The notes under the pieces: model-generated
What the model was told of the DNA's origin: nothing
Database searches by the model: none
Seen by the model: the letters and a program-made list of their open reading frames with translations, nothing else
Program-made: the position numbers and the translations under genes
Shown: piece by piece, positions 30,620 to 40,399 of the stretch
How positions within the stretch are numbered: position 1 is the stretch's first letter
How the letters are laid out: every line of letters begins with the position of its first letter
Source of the DNA: a virus
Lineage: Duplodnaviria > Heunggongvirae > Uroviricota > Caudoviricetes
DNA length: 64,000 bases
IMG/VR virus record: IMGVR_UViG_3300032304_000977
Coordinates: 64,001-128,000 of that record
Direction: 5' to 3' (one strand)

Positions 30620-31137
30620 TACTTCATGATCTCTCTAAATTGTCTAATTACTTCACCAAGAATATCTGGTTCAATAAGTTTGATTCTTCGTTTTTCTTCG
30701 TTCAATGCTATCTCATATTCATAGTTTGTTACTGGTGTTGCATCAGCAACACCAGCTGCATTAACGAAATCGGAATTCACAATGTAACCATCTGTTGTTA
30801 CATAATGTCTAATAGAATCTTGCGATGCTCCATACTTTTCTTCAATGTACGCTTCTAGTGATTTTTGTTGCATTGGAAAATCATTTATATAATCATATCT
30901 CTCGTTTGTTAACATAATTACCCAATGATACAGTGGAGTTCCATAAAATTTTTCTGATATCATTTCTGGAGTTTCGCCATCTTGAATATCATATTCTTCA
31001 TAATATGTTAAATTTTGCAATAGATTTGATTTGAGTCTGACATTTGTTATAATATCAGAAATTAAATACTCTTGTTTTTCTTCACCTAATTGTGAAAAGT
31101 CAATAACAGCAATTGGAAATTTTGAGAAATATGACAT
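30619..31137 (-). CDS. gp53: Baseplate wedge subunit gp53
   Basis: MSYFSKFP...IQDGETPE.ISEKFYG...HWVIMLTN...NEEKRRIKLI motif. Confidence 0.92.
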   Translation of the reverse strand: MSYFSKFPIAVIDFSQLGEEKQEYLISDIITNVRLKSNLLQNLTYYEEYDIQDGETPEMISEKFYGTPLYHWVIMLTNERYDYINDFPMQQKSLEAYIEEKYGASQDSIRHYVTTDGYIVNSDFVNAAGVADATPVTNYEYEIALNEEKRRIKLIEPDILGEVIRQFREIMK

Positions 31138-31138
31138 A

Positions 31139-32386
31139 TTAGAATGATGGTAGATTTGGGTCTTGGAAATTTTGGGATGTAAACGATGGCTTTCCGTCTG
31201 GACCTTGACCTAAGAAACGCTCCTTTGTCATTGTCTCTAGTTCTAAGAAATTCATGTTAACATTTATTTGTGTTGGGAAACCATCTGAATGTGTCGCTAG
31301 TTGTCCGTTTGGTGCATAGTTTACTTGTAAGTCCGTAAGAACGCAAGTAGATATTCTGTTTAAATGTGGGTGTTCTTTGTCACCAAAATAATACACAATA
31401 TCGAATTCAGAAGGAAACAAATACAACATTTTGTTTACATTGTTTTGAAATTCTGGATGCATAAAAAATTTAAATGTATTGATAATTCTTTTAACATTTG
31501 CTGCTTCTTCTGGTGATCTTGGCGCAAATTGATAGTTGAATGTAAATCTACGAAACTCCATAGATTTGAATAATTGTTCTTTTCTTGGATTTGGTGCTGC
31601 TTTGTATAACGCAGAAAGCAATCCTCTTGCTGGATTAACTTCTAAACCTTTAATTACTGCTGCTCCAGCACCAGTAGATGCAGCATTAGCTGGTCCTGTT
31701 CCAACCTCACCAGCTGCGCCAAATATGGCACCGAGTTCTTCTTCTCCATACGTAGCACGATAACCAACTTGAACTTCATTTGGTACATGAAGAGCAATCG
31801 CACTTCTCAATCTTTTAATTTTTTGTGTTGCTTGCAAACCACTTATACCTGGAGCATTTTCTAATATTTTTCCATAACCAACTGCTGCGCCACCCGTAAG
31901 ACCACCACCAGCTGCGCCCTTTATAGCACCACCTGCGCCAGCACCAAGAATACCTTTTAAGAATCTTGTTACGCCACCCTTTTTACCGATACCACCTGCT
32001 CCTTGCTCAGCGCCAGCCTTAATTCCATCAGCTGCCCCCAAAACACCACCAACTGCACTAGATCCCGTAGCAGCAGCACCAGCTGCGTCGCTAATACTTG
32101 CTTGTTTTCCCTGTATTGTGTTTTGCTCAGTTTTATCAACATCTCCAACTATGTCAATTTTACCCTCTGTAAACACACGAGATTGTTCTGAAACATTTAT
32201 GTAAAAAACAACATAGTTTAGATACTGTTGATTGTAAAACTGATTTGTTGAGGATTCTCTCTTCTCATTGTTATTTGTGAAAAGATCTAACGGATACTGC
32301 AAATTATCAATTTTGTATTTTGATCTATCGAGCGTACCTTCTCGAGACACTTTTGTTGTTTGGGGTGCGTTATTGCTAGTTGCCAT
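31139..32386 (-). CDS. gp48: Baseplate tail-tube cap gp48
   Basis: IALHVP, NPRKEQLFKSMEFRRFTFNYQFAPRS..EA, RISTCVL..L.VNYAP, FLELE motifs. Confidence 0.9.
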   Translation of the reverse strand: MATSNNAPQTTKVSREGTLDRSKYKIDNLQYPLDLFTNNNEKRESSTNQFYNQQYLNYVVFYINVSEQSRVFTEGKIDIVGDVDKTEQNTIQGKQASISDAAGAAATGSSAVGGVLGAADGIKAGAEQGAGGIGKKGGVTRFLKGILGAGAGGAIKGAAGGGLTGGAAVGYGKILENAPGISGLQATQKIKRLRSAIALHVPNEVQVGYRATYGEEELGAIFGAAGEVGTGPANAASTGAGAAVIKGLEVNPARGLLSALYKAAPNPRKEQLFKSMEFRRFTFNYQFAPRSPEEAANVKRIINTFKFFMHPEFQNNVNKMLYLFPSEFDIVYYFGDKEHPHLNRISTCVLTDLQVNYAPNGQLATHSDGFPTQINVNMNFLELETMTKERFLGQGPDGKPSFTSQNFQDPNLPSF

Positions 32387-32393
32387 ATCTTTC

Positions 32394-32428
32394 CTAAATA
32401 GAAGATTACTGTTATAATACTATTTATT
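32394..32428. promoter_or_regulatory. Divergent late-promoter-like motifs
   Basis: CTAAATA on plus (32394-32400) upstream of gp4; AATAAATA on minus (32421-32428) upstream of gp48. Confidence 0.55.
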
Positions 32429-32429
32429 C

Positions 32430-32888
32430 ATGTTTCACAAAGGAAAATTCAGACCAAAAAACCCACAAAAATACGATGGCGATCCAACAAACATAATCTA
32501 CAGAAGTAGCTGGGAGCTTCGTTTTATGATTTGGGCTGATACAAAACCATCGGTATTGAAATGGAGATCCGAAGAAACTGTAATACCTTACGTTTCTCCA
32601 ATAGACAACAAGATACACAGGTATTTTGTCGACTTTCAACTACAGGTAAAGACATCGAGTGGGGTTTTAAAGACGTATCTAATTGAAATCAAACCAAAAC
32701 AACAAACAGTACCACCTGCGCCCCAACAACGTGTCACTAAAAAATATCTCGAAGAGGTTATGACTTGGGGTAAAAATGAAGCAAAATGGAAATACGCAAA
32801 AGAATACTGCAAAGATAGAGGTTGGGAATTTCTTATTCTTACAGAAAAAGATCTTGGTATAACAAATAATTGGTATAGGACTAAATAA
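32430..32888 (+). CDS. gp4: Head completion nuclease gp4
   Basis: GKFRPKNPQKY.GDPTNIIYRSSWE...HRYFVDF...IEIKP...NEAKW..A..YC..RGWEF.ILTE. Confidence 0.93.
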   Translation: MFHKGKFRPKNPQKYDGDPTNIIYRSSWELRFMIWADTKPSVLKWRSEETVIPYVSPIDNKIHRYFVDFQLQVKTSSGVLKTYLIEIKPKQQTVPPAPQQRVTKKYLEEVMTWGKNEAKWKYAKEYCKDRGWEFLILTEKDLGITNNWYRTK

Positions 32889-32892
32889 TTAA

Positions 32893-33474
32893 ATGGCTAC
32901 AAAATCTACTGGAAAATTAGAATCTATCTTCAATGATAGTGCTTACGATCTTACTGCTGCAAGAAAATCGCAACAGTGGTTCACAGCACAAATCAATAAA
33001 TTATCTAAAGCAACACCACAAAAAGTATTAAGAGATGGCACTATCGTTTCAACTATGGTGCCTGGAAGTTTATATTTATTCTTCTACGATCCGAAACACA
33101 AGGACACTTTACCATACTATGACAGATTTCCTCTCGTTTTACCTTTTAGAAAGGTAAAGGGTGGGTTTTATGGTTTAAACTTCCACTATCTTCCACCATT
33201 ATTGCGTGTTAAGTTGTTAGATAAACTTATGATGTTCTCTACAACTCCTGGATTAACTGAGACGACAAGACTTAAATTTAAATATCAACTTATCGCTGGA
33301 AGCGCAAAATTTGCTGCAGCAGCACCATGTGTGAAAATGTATTTAAATGATCACGTGGTAAGTAGACTTGTTATGATTGACCCAAAAGATTGGGTTACTG
33401 CTATGATGTTGCCAGTGGAAAGATTTACAACAAATAAGCAAACTGTTTGGGCAGATTCAAGAAAGGTAATCTAA
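32893..33474 (+). CDS. gp2: DNA end protector protein gp2
   Basis: FFYDPKHKDTLPYYDRFPLV...GLNFHYLPP.LR...LPVERF. Confidence 0.93.
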   Translation: MATKSTGKLESIFNDSAYDLTAARKSQQWFTAQINKLSKATPQKVLRDGTIVSTMVPGSLYLFFYDPKHKDTLPYYDRFPLVLPFRKVKGGFYGLNFHYLPPLLRVKLLDKLMMFSTTPGLTETTRLKFKYQLIAGSAKFAAAAPCVKMYLNDHVVSRLVMIDPKDWVTAMMLPVERFTTNKQTVWADSRKVI

Positions 33475-34133
33475 TGGCATCGTTAGACGCATTCATAGCA
33501 CAAGTAAAATCGGATGGATTGGCAAGAGATAATAAATTTTTGGTTACAATAACACCGCCACTCTCTCTAGTATCAGGTGCGCCAAATGAAAAATTAAGAT
33601 TGTTTTGTCAATCTGCAACTTTACCTGGAATTAATTTCGTATCAAATCCAGTATTTACTTTTGGCGAGCAAAGAGAAGTAATCTATAACAGACAATTCGA
33701 TCCAATTAGTTTTGAATTTTTATTAGACCAAAACATGGATATCAAAAGATTTTTCGATTCTTGGCAAAATAGCATCGTAAATCCAGTTACCAGAGTTGTT
33801 AATTACTACTCAAGATATATTGGAACAATTGAAATATATCAGTTAGATGGTAGTCAAAAAGAAACATACAGATATGGTGTCAGATTACATGAGGCATTCC
33901 CCAAAACTGTTTCTGGGGTAACATATTCAGCATCATCAAAAGATGTTTCTAAATTAACAGTTTCTATGGAATACAAATATTGGCTTCCAATAAAACTTCC
34001 TGGTAATGTAGCGGAAGCATCTCCAACGTCAGAAAGATCATTCTCTGTTGGAAATGCACCGACAGGATTATCCATTGCTGCTGGAGATATACTTGATGAA
34101 AATGATACACCTTATGGAGAAATAGAGACATAA
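33474..34133 (+). CDS. Tail-tube initiator / tube-like protein (gp54/gp19 family)
   Basis: GLARDNKFLVTI, CQSATLPG, EAFPKTV, LTVSMEYKYW; probable start at ATG 33474, overlapping the gp2 stop. Confidence 0.8.
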   Translation: MASLDAFIAQVKSDGLARDNKFLVTITPPLSLVSGAPNEKLRLFCQSATLPGINFVSNPVFTFGEQREVIYNRQFDPISFEFLLDQNMDIKRFFDSWQNSIVNPVTRVVNYYSRYIGTIEIYQLDGSQKETYRYGVRLHEAFPKTVSGVTYSASSKDVSKLTVSMEYKYWLPIKLPGNVAEASPTSERSFSVGNAPTGLSIAAGDILDENDTPYGEIET

Positions 34134-34134
34134 T

Positions 34135-34545
34135 ATGAACACTGATACACAATTAAGCAAAGTATTTGAAATTGAAATAAATGAACCAGAGAAAAAACAG
34201 GATATCGTTTTACCAGCAATAACAAATGATGATAAAATTGAAAACGATTTCGATCAATCTAGGCAAAATTTAAATATACTATTAATGCAAGGTCAGGATG
34301 CGTTGATGGGTGCATTAGAAGTTGCAAAACAATCTGAGCACCCAAGAGCATATGAAGTTGTTGGTAATTTAATAAAACAACTTGCTGATGTAAATCAACA
34401 ACTTATGGACTTACATCAACAGAAACAAAAACTAGATGAGCCAAAGGGCGACGCTAAAAAACAAGTGACGAATAACAATGCTATTTTTGTAGGTAGCACC
34501 GCTGAGTTGAATAAGTTAATTAATAACATGTCTAAAGGAGAATAA
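34135..34545 (+). CDS. gp16: Terminase small subunit (gp16, cyanophage type)
   Basis: DFDQSRQNL...GQDAL..ALEVA..SEHPRAYEV...IFVGSTAEL motif. Confidence 0.85.
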   Translation: MNTDTQLSKVFEIEINEPEKKQDIVLPAITNDDKIENDFDQSRQNLNILLMQGQDALMGALEVAKQSEHPRAYEVVGNLIKQLADVNQQLMDLHQQKQKLDEPKGDAKKQVTNNNAIFVGSTAELNKLINNMSKGE

Positions 34546-34548
34546 ATT

Positions 34549-35259
34549 ATGACTTTACCGATTTACAAACATCCAATTTATACAACAAAATTACCATCTA
34601 ATGGTAAAGAAATTAAATTCAGACCTTTTCTCGTAAAGGATGAAAAGAATCTTCTTCTTGCTCAACAAAGCGAAGAAGAATTGACAATGATTGATACAGT
34701 TAAGGGTGTAATTCAAGACTGTATTATCGATAAGAAAATTAAACTAGATGAAATGCCAATTTTCGATATCGAATGGTTGTTCTGTCAACTGAGAATTAAA
34801 TCTGTTGGAGAAGAAGTATCATTATACTTCACATGTAAAAATACTGAATGTGGGGAAAAAACAAAAGCATCATTCAAGATCAATCCAGAATTGATTAAAT
34901 CAGAAGACCATTCAACCAAAATCCATCTTTATGATGATGTTGGTGTTATTATGAAATATGCAGATCCAATATTGTTGAGAGAAATTATTAAGATGGAAGA
35001 ATCTGATCCAAATCAAATGTTAAGAATTGTTGCTGGTTCTATTGAATCGATATATGATGCTGAATCCGTATATCCTGCAAAAGATCAATCAGAAAAAGAA
35101 TTGATTAAATTTATTGAAGCGCTCCCAAGAGATTGCTCAAATAAACTTAAAAAGTTTTTCGAATCTACACCAAAATTAGCACAAAAAGTTTCCGTAGTAT
35201 GTCCAAAATGTGCAACCAATAATCTATATCTTGTTGATGGAATTGAAAATTTTTTTTAA
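34549..35259 (+). CDS. gp26: Baseplate hub assembly chaperone gp26
   Basis: LPSNGKEIKFRPFLVKDEKNLLLA...FDIEWLF.QLRIKSVGE; CxxC pairs; ends GIENFF. Confidence 0.92.
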   Translation: MTLPIYKHPIYTTKLPSNGKEIKFRPFLVKDEKNLLLAQQSEEELTMIDTVKGVIQDCIIDKKIKLDEMPIFDIEWLFCQLRIKSVGEEVSLYFTCKNTECGEKTKASFKINPELIKSEDHSTKIHLYDDVGVIMKYADPILLREIIKMEESDPNQMLRIVAGSIESIYDAESVYPAKDQSEKELIKFIEALPRDCSNKLKKFFESTPKLAQKVSVVCPKCATNNLYLVDGIENFF

Positions 35260-35441
35260 TAAACCTTAGTCATGAAAGTCTTGTTAATTATTATAAGACG
35301 AATTTTGGGTTAATGCAACATCATAAATATTCGCTTGAGGACATCGAATTTATGGTACCCTACGAAAAGGAAGTATATGTTTCGTTGTTGCTGCAGTATT
35401 TGGAAGAAGAAAAAGAAAGATTAAGAGAAAGAAATAGATGA
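35247..35441 (+). CDS. gp51: gp51-like baseplate hub assembly ORF (absent from the ORF track); probably reached by a -1 frameshift from gp26; first in-frame ATG is at 35313
   Basis: Hand translation: ...NLSHESLVNYYKTNFGLMQHHKYSLEDIEFMVPYEKEVYVSLLLQYLEEEKERLRERNR*; stop overlaps the next ATG (ATGA). Confidence 0.8.
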   Translation, partial: KFFLINLSHESLVNYYKTNFGLMQHHKYSLEDIEFMVPYEKEVYVSLLLQYLEEEKERLRERNR

Positions 35442-37207
35442 CGATCTTAGAAAAATTAATGTTTAAAGGTTCCAGTAATCTATCAAAAGATTTTGAAGAT
35501 GCAGCACAATCATTAAAAGAATCAGCCAAACAAATGGCTTCTTCTCTCAAACAAACATATAATACTAAAATTAGACCAGCATTAACTGGTGGTGTCGAAG
35601 GCGCTGGTTTGACTGGCGCTTCGTTTTTTAATCAACTTGGTCTTACTGGTCTTGCTAGTTCTTATAAAGAAAAAAGAGAACAGGAAGAAAAAGAAAGAAT
35701 GGGTATATACGGTCCATCAGCTTCATCAGAAGAAAATGAAGCTGCTTCTACAGATACCGAAAAAGCCATTAAGAATGAGAAAGAAGATGAAGCCAATACA
35801 ATAAGACAAGAGCAATTAGAAATTCAGAAAAAAACTAGCGATGATATAATGGCTCTGTATACAATTACAGACGATTATCAGAAAAAGATGCTAGAGAAAA
35901 CAAAGGAAATGGCTGAATCCCTTAAGACTATTGCAGAAAAACCAGCTGGATCTGGCGAAGGTGAGGGTGGTGGATCATTATTAGATATTGATTTGCCTGG
36001 CAAGGGTAGTAAAGCTGGAAAAGCTGGAAAACTTGGAACTGCTGGTAGACTTGCCTCTGGCGCAAAGGGGTTTATGGCTGGTGGTGGTACTACGCTCGCA
36101 GCTGGAGCATCTATGGTAGCAGCTCCATTCGCAATTGATGCAGTAGCAGGAGCATTTGGATATGGTGGTAAAGAAATTGATGAGGAACAAGATGACAAAA
36201 ATTGGGAACGAGCATCATTGTTTGAAAAAATTCAAAGCGCACCAGCAAGAGGTTTAGAAAAAATTGGCAGTTTGTTTGGTGGTAATCTTGCTAATGAAGC
36301 AAGAGCTGAACGAATAAAGAACGAAACTGCTTACTTAGACGCTAAGGGTGGTGTTTCAAATGAAGCAAAAAATATAAAAGAACAAAACGCATCACAGCAA
36401 ATAGAGTTTAGTGAAGCTACTTTTGCTCAAAAAGATCCAGAGAATTATGCCAAATTTAAAGAATTTGAAAACAAAAAAGTTGAAGAGTTAAAAGCAAAAG
36501 ATCCTTTCAATAAAGACTTAAATCTTCGCAATCAGCAAATGGTAAGAAAAACCGCAGAAATTGGTGCACGTAAAGAAGCGATTGTTAAATTTAAAAAAGA
36601 AATTGAAGCTGCTGGTGCTGGTAGTGTACAAGGTCAAGCACTACAAAAAAATGATCAAACAGTTTCTCAGCAACAGCAACAAAAAACAGGCGATGCTGTA
36701 GCAAAAAATAATACTGAGCAAAAAGAAACCAAAGCATCAGCTAGTGCGCCAACTCCACTACCTGCTCAAACAGCATCATTACCCACAACACAAGCAACAC
36801 CATTGGTAACAGCACCAAAATCTGACTCTGGTATTGGCAATAAAACAGTTGAACAACTTGCTATGGATGAAGCGAAAAAGTTTGGAAGAACGCAACCGAA
36901 TTTAGATGATAAAAGAGCAGCTGCTATGCTTTATAGAAAACAAGCAGCTGGAAGTGCATCAGAAGCAGATTTATCAGGTGTATCTACATTACCAGTTGAT
37001 AAAGCTGGTGCGGTTGCAGACAAAACAGCATCTTTAAAAGATCAAGAAGCAGCAGCACAAAATAAACAAGAAACTGCTGCGCCAACAATTGTGAATAATA
37101 CAAGTATCGCAAACAATCAAAGTGGCGAAAAACAAAAAGTTAAAGACACTAAGAATAATGAAACAACATTTCAGAAATATATAGATAGAAGATATTACCC
37201 AGCGTAA
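35438..37207 (+). CDS. Tape-measure-like / baseplate hub protein (gp29-like)
   Basis: 589 aa; Ala/Gly/Lys-rich helical and low-complexity composition; follows gp26-gp51; C-terminal TIVNN...RYY. Confidence 0.65.
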   Translation: MTILEKLMFKGSSNLSKDFEDAAQSLKESAKQMASSLKQTYNTKIRPALTGGVEGAGLTGASFFNQLGLTGLASSYKEKREQEEKERMGIYGPSASSEENEAASTDTEKAIKNEKEDEANTIRQEQLEIQKKTSDDIMALYTITDDYQKKMLEKTKEMAESLKTIAEKPAGSGEGEGGGSLLDIDLPGKGSKAGKAGKLGTAGRLASGAKGFMAGGGTTLAAGASMVAAPFAIDAVAGAFGYGGKEIDEEQDDKNWERASLFEKIQSAPARGLEKIGSLFGGNLANEARAERIKNETAYLDAKGGVSNEAKNIKEQNASQQIEFSEATFAQKDPENYAKFKEFENKKVEELKAKDPFNKDLNLRNQQMVRKTAEIGARKEAIVKFKKEIEAAGAGSVQGQALQKNDQTVSQQQQQKTGDAVAKNNTEQKETKASASAPTPLPAQTASLPTTQATPLVTAPKSDSGIGNKTVEQLAMDEAKKFGRTQPNLDDKRAAAMLYRKQAAGSASEADLSGVSTLPVDKAGAVADKTASLKDQEAAAQNKQETAAPTIVNNTSIANNQSGEKQKVKDTKNNETTFQKYIDRRYYPA

Positions 37208-37216
37208 GGAGAAATA

Positions 37217-37801
37217 ATGTTAGGCGAAATAAATTATCAAACAGCATACTTAACAAAAGAAGAATGCGAAAAATTGATACAATATTATAATGACAATGCA
37301 GAATCAGCGAAGCGAAGTTTCACTGGTTACGCACCACATGCAAAGGTAGATTACATTAAAAAAATAAGTAAAACACTGTCTATAAAAGAACCACCTGAAT
37401 CTTTACAGTCAGCAATTGAGAAAGTAGTTACGTTGGCTCAACATGCAAACGAATATATGTTTTTATTTGATGTTGATTGGACTAAACCAAAATATTATAT
37501 ACAAGAATATTTGGGCGAGGAGAAAGGGTTTAGATCAAAAAGTCAATCCGTCAATTGGATATCTAATCACTATCAAAACAAAATTGTTGTTGGTGTTATA
37601 CTTTCTGATCCTTCAGAATATGAAGGTGGAGATGTGATAATGAACTTTGGTTCGACAGATGTATTACCAACACCAGAAGAACTAAGAACCCAAGGAACAG
37701 TCTACGCTTTTCCAGCATTTAGATATTGGGCAGTGATGCCAGTTTTATCTGGAAAGAAATATCATTTTAAAGCAGTGTTTCAGGGACCATACTGGAGATA
37801 A
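37217..37801 (+). CDS. 2OG-Fe(II) oxygenase-fold protein with degenerate metal ligands
   Basis: LSDPSEYEGGD...FPAF...V.PV.SG...GPYWR framework of phage prolyl-hydroxylase-like proteins, but no HxD...H. Confidence 0.7.
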   Translation: MLGEINYQTAYLTKEECEKLIQYYNDNAESAKRSFTGYAPHAKVDYIKKISKTLSIKEPPESLQSAIEKVVTLAQHANEYMFLFDVDWTKPKYYIQEYLGEEKGFRSKSQSVNWISNHYQNKIVVGVILSDPSEYEGGDVIMNFGSTDVLPTPEELRTQGTVYAFPAFRYWAVMPVLSGKKYHFKAVFQGPYWR

Positions 37802-37827
37802 AAAAAAAGGGAGCCGAAGCTCCCTTT
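37801..37827. terminator. Intrinsic terminator between convergent genes
   Basis: AAAGGGAGC-CGAA-GCTCCCTTT perfect hairpin with an A8 run on the plus-strand 5' side (U-tract for the minus-strand gp32 transcript). Confidence 0.85.
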
Positions 37828-37832
37828 ATCAT

Positions 37833-38741
37833 TTACTCATTAGCGAGTTTTTGAAAGTAAGACAAATCGTCTTCTTCTTCGTCTAAATCAATTGACTTCT
37901 TAGGTGCTGGCGCAGCTTTTGAAACCAATTTTGGCGCTGGCATCTCAGGGCGATCATCTTCTTCTGCCATTTCAGCTGCAGTTTTAGTAGAACCTTCCCC
38001 ACTCAATACCATTTCCAGTTTACGCTTGAGTTCTTCATAAGATTTGAAGTTCTTGCGATCCATAAACTCGGAAAGTTTGTATTGCTTTGATACAACCTCG
38101 AGCATCTTTTCTTCATCATTATTAAACAATGCAGATTGCTCAGAGAATACTGATTGATCGTAATTAGAATAACCATCTACCTTACGCATACGGAGTTTAA
38201 AATCCGCACCTTCCCACAAATCGAAAACAAGAACTGGCTTCTCATCTTCAAATGTTGGGTTGGCTTTGTCCATAATCTTATCAAAGATCTTCTTACCAAA
38301 CTTGAACAACTTAACTTGTCCGTTGTTTTCTGGTTTAGCAGGATCATTAATAACCAATATGTTAGCAGTATATGATAACTTGCGCTTTTGTTTACGAGCA
38401 ATTTCTTTATTTGCTTCAGAACCACTATTCCACAAACGTGAGTTTAGTTCGCCAACAGGATCGTTCTCATTAAGAGTAGTTAGACTATTCTCAATGTACC
38501 ATTTGCCAGTTGGACCTTGGAAACTGTGATTGAAGATTCGAACCCAAGGAAACTCATCTCCCTCTACACGTGGTAGAAAGCGAATAGTCGCTGTAGCATT
38601 ACCTGCTTTATCTGGAGTTAATTTCCAGAAGCGATCGTCTTCGTATGATTTACCTTCGGATGGTTTGGCGATTTTATCGAACTCGCCGAGAATTTTTGAG
38701 AAGTCATTTTGACGTGACTTGCGTAGTGTTGCGATATCCAT
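37833..38741 (-). CDS. gp32: Single-stranded DNA-binding protein gp32
   Basis: DDRFWKL..DKAGN..ATIRFLP, GKWYIENSLTTL..NDPV, FKFGKKIFDKI, FDLWEGADFKL; acidic C-terminus. Confidence 0.97.
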   Translation of the reverse strand: MDIATLRKSRQNDFSKILGEFDKIAKPSEGKSYEDDRFWKLTPDKAGNATATIRFLPRVEGDEFPWVRIFNHSFQGPTGKWYIENSLTTLNENDPVGELNSRLWNSGSEANKEIARKQKRKLSYTANILVINDPAKPENNGQVKLFKFGKKIFDKIMDKANPTFEDEKPVLVFDLWEGADFKLRMRKVDGYSNYDQSVFSEQSALFNNDEEKMLEVVSKQYKLSEFMDRKNFKSYEELKRKLEMVLSGEGSTKTAAEMAEEDDRPEMPAPKLVSKAAPAPKKSIDLDEEEDDLSYFQKLANE

Positions 38742-38807
38742 ATGTTTTCCTTTGTCGTATAAAAGTGTAAAAAAGTTTGTCGTATTTCACAGAGCCATGA
38801 TATACAA

Positions 38808-39575
38808 CTATTTAGTCATCCAAAAAGGCTGTTTACTTACTGGCTGATCTAAAAATGATAAGAGGGAATATCTAACTTCTGCATCTGATTTGTCATAAAA
38901 CGCATTATGAAAAAACAATGGATCATAGAATACTACGCTGTTGTATTCTGATGGAGTAACAGCATAAACTTGCCAGTATTCATCAGATTCAAACCTATAC
39001 CATTGTTCTTCTTTTGCAGTTGTTAAATCATATTTGAAGTATTTTCGATATTCTTCTTTATTTGTTTTTTTCATGTCATCAATATCATCATTATATCTGA
39101 AATGAGTATTATTGTCAAATTTTAATTTATAAAATGCTGTTCCTGCATTTACATCTTTCGTTAACCATAGATATGTTGTTATTGGTTGAAAATCGAAGTG
39201 TGGTCTATTGTTGTGATTCCAGCATTTCATTTGATTGTGGTAAATATTTGTAGCATAACACCAAGATGTGATTGGTATTTTCTTTTTAACAAAATTGCCA
39301 TAGAAATTAGAATACCAATTGGAAAGAGTAGAGAGTTCTAGTGGACTAATCAATTGCCTATATCCTGGCGTAGAAACCTCTATATCCCCACCATATGCAT
39401 TGTGTTTTTTTAACAACTCAACAAACGCTTCTGGATTTTTGAGAAAATTCTTAACAACATAATATCGAAGATCAGTTCCATCGACAACAGTTTCTTCAAC
39501 TTGTAAATTATCGTTTATCTGTATTGCATCATAATGCTTACTTCGATTAATCAAATTAAATTCTGTTAATTTCAT
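38808..39575 (-). CDS. DUF6445-like putative 2OG-Fe(II) oxygenase
   Basis: VVKNFLKNP, TPGYR, PHFD, GTAFY, YNSVVFYDPLFFH (HxD...H present). Confidence 0.6.
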   Translation of the reverse strand: MKLTEFNLINRSKHYDAIQINDNLQVEETVVDGTDLRYYVVKNFLKNPEAFVELLKKHNAYGGDIEVSTPGYRQLISPLELSTLSNWYSNFYGNFVKKKIPITSWCYATNIYHNQMKCWNHNNRPHFDFQPITTYLWLTKDVNAGTAFYKLKFDNNTHFRYNDDIDDMKKTNKEEYRKYFKYDLTTAKEEQWYRFESDEYWQVYAVTPSEYNSVVFYDPLFFHNAFYDKSDAEVRYSLLSFLDQPVSKQPFWMTK

Positions 39576-40399
39576 ACATTCATTGGACTAATTGGTTTTG
39601 ATGGTATTGGTTGTCCAACTTCCTTACTTTCCCAAAATGGAAATTTAACTATTGGTGAATCAAGAAATCCATTCATAACATATTCAACCTTATTCGGTCT
39701 ATTGTCTTTCCACGCAATTTGATGGAAGAACAAAGGATCGTAAATAATTGCAGTATTATATGCTATCGGTTCAAATGCATAACTTGTCCAAACATCATCA
39801 TTTTCAAAAGATTCCCACGCAACTGATTCATTAGTTTTTCCAGAAAAGTTTGGAAAATACTTTTTAAAATTTTCCTCGCTAAAATCTTTTACTCTTTCAT
39901 TATATCTTGATACCATTGGCACACCATTAGCAATATCTTGTAACTTATAGAATGACAAAGAAACATCTGCTTCTTTGGTCAAACCAAGCATCGTTGCGAT
40001 TGGATATGGTTCGAACTTAGGATGATTGTTGTTGTTTGATGTCTTCATTTCTGGATGATATACATTCGCAGTATAATACCATGAAGATAACTTTGTTTCA
40101 ACATCAGTGAATTCTTTGAATACTTGTGCGTACAATTTAGAGATTGTTGGAATCTCAAGAGAACTGATCAATTGACGATAACCAGGAGTAGCAACTTCTA
40201 CGTCGCCACCATACGCATTGTGTTTAGACAACAACTCAACAAATGCATCAGGATTTTCTAAAACATTTCTAACAACAAAATATTTTAGATCAGTACCAGT
40301 AGTTTTATCAACTACCAATTCAACCTCAAGTTGTTTGTTTATCTTTATCGCTTCGAAATGTTTGCTTCGATCGATCGTATTGAACATTGTTAAGTTCAT
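39572..40399 (-). CDS. DUF6445-like paralog (PHFD replaced by PKFE)
   Basis: Obvious similarity to 38808-39575 (e.g. DRSKHFEAIKIN vs NRSKHYDAIQIN); start at 40399 chosen by alignment and an upstream GAGGA. Confidence 0.65.
   Translation of the reverse strand: MNLTMFNTIDRSKHFEAIKINKQLEVELVVDKTTGTDLKYFVVRNVLENPDAFVELLSKHNAYGGDVEVATPGYRQLISSLEIPTISKLYAQVFKEFTDVETKLSSWYYTANVYHPEMKTSNNNNHPKFEPYPIATMLGLTKEADVSLSFYKLQDIANGVPMVSRYNERVKDFSEENFKKYFPNFSGKTNESVAWESFENDDVWTSYAFEPIAYNTAIIYDPLFFHQIAWKDNRPNKVEYVMNGFLDSPIVKFPFWESKEVGQPIPSKPISPMNV

Noticed and set aside
1221-31137. Long plus-strand ORFs antisense to the structural genes
   Set aside because: Shadow ORFs from codon bias; no SD or promoter support and no recognisable motifs.
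32430-32888. TnsA-like endonuclease suggesting a transposon
   Set aside because: Sequence and position beside gp2 match head-completion protein gp4; no transposase partners or terminal repeats.
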